Shown in pieces: positions 63,676-64,000 of a stretch of DNA of 64,000 bases. The translations under genes and the position numbers were made by a program. How positions within the stretch are numbered: position 1 is the stretch's first letter; each line of letters begins with the position of its first letter. The stretch is from a virus (taxonomy: Duplodnaviria > Caudoviricetes): the IMG/VR virus record IMGVR_UViG_3300020120_000084, positions 5,090 to 69,089 of that record, one strand, 5' to 3'. The notes under the pieces are model-generated. The model had not been told where the DNA came from and made no database searches. It saw nothing but the letters and a program-made list of their open reading frames with translations.

Positions 63676-63876
63676 TCACTCGCGGATGCGGGGGACGCGG
63701 CGGTAGCCGCCGGGGGACAGGCAGACGACGGGGCGGCGGCTCCACCGCTCGCGGTTATGCGGACGGAGCTCGACCCAGCGGCGGTCGGCGTGGGCGGCTT
63801 CGATGCCGGCGGCGCGGCCGGAGATGACGCGGCCGCACTCGGGGCACCGGCCTTTCGCGTACTCCTGCGCGGCCAT
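63676..63876 (-). CDS. small Zn-ribbon protein
   Basis: KGRCPECGRVI...LRPH...C. Confidence 0.65.
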   Translation of the reverse strand: MAAQEYAKGRCPECGRVISGRAAGIEAAHADRRWVELRPHNRERWSRRPVVCLSPGGYRRVPRIRE

Positions 63877-63886
63877 CGCACCGCCG

Positions 63887-64000
63887 TCACCCGGCTTCCT
63901 TCAGGCGCTTGCGGATCTTCATGCACAGATCGTGCGCCTCCTGGGCCGGGCGCTCGACCCACCGCGTGTAGGGCGTCCACTGCTCATAGGGCACGTCATA
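63887..64000 (-). CDS. C-terminal fragment of a hypothetical protein (starts beyond window)
   Basis: YDVPYEQWTPYTRWVERPAQEAHDLCMKIRKRLKEAG*. Confidence 0.45.
   Translation of the reverse strand, partial: YDVPYEQWTPYTRWVERPAQEAHDLCMKIRKRLKEAG

Noticed and set aside
1-64000. cas operon, reverse transcriptase/DGR, or host-prophage junction
   Set aside because: No Cas1/2/3/5/6/8 or RT motifs, no TR/VR pair and no housekeeping genes seen

Overview
The whole window is one high-GC (actinobacterial) temperate siphovirus genome segment of the HK97 type. No host chromosome or prophage junction is visible, and attP appears intact (3' half of tRNA-Arg(ACG) with arm repeats on both sides), so this is probably the free or excised form. 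Left to right: an AICE-like FtsK/TraB module and small regulators (1-4.9 kb); a divergent cI/cro-like switch; a plus-strand early arm (RecE/Bet, PD-(D/E)xK nuclease, primase-TOPRIM-DUF3631 replicase with iterons, a YhhQ + QueF-like + DpdA-like 7-deazaguanine module, DNA methyltransferase); attP, tyrosine integrase and xis. A long minus-strand late operon follows, read from the right: HNH, terS, split terL, portal, multidomain prohead protease, major capsid interrupted by a 298-nt group I intron, sugar-modification genes (3 glycosyltransferases, DegT-type aminotransferase, GNAT), carbohydrate-active fibre/decoration proteins, connector, tail genes, tape measure, tail tip and lysis. Two RNA-guided-looking modules stand out. 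(1) A stand-alone RAMP/Cas7-like gene abuts a 96-unit in-register NN-GCC pentamer array (VIPR-like). (2) A type I-G-like CRISPR mini-array sits in frame inside a glycosyltransferase gene; one spacer encodes the same peptide as the adjacent, heavily recoded part of that gene, with a TTC PAM at the matching position. All calls come from reading the sequence and recalled family motifs; no database searches were run.
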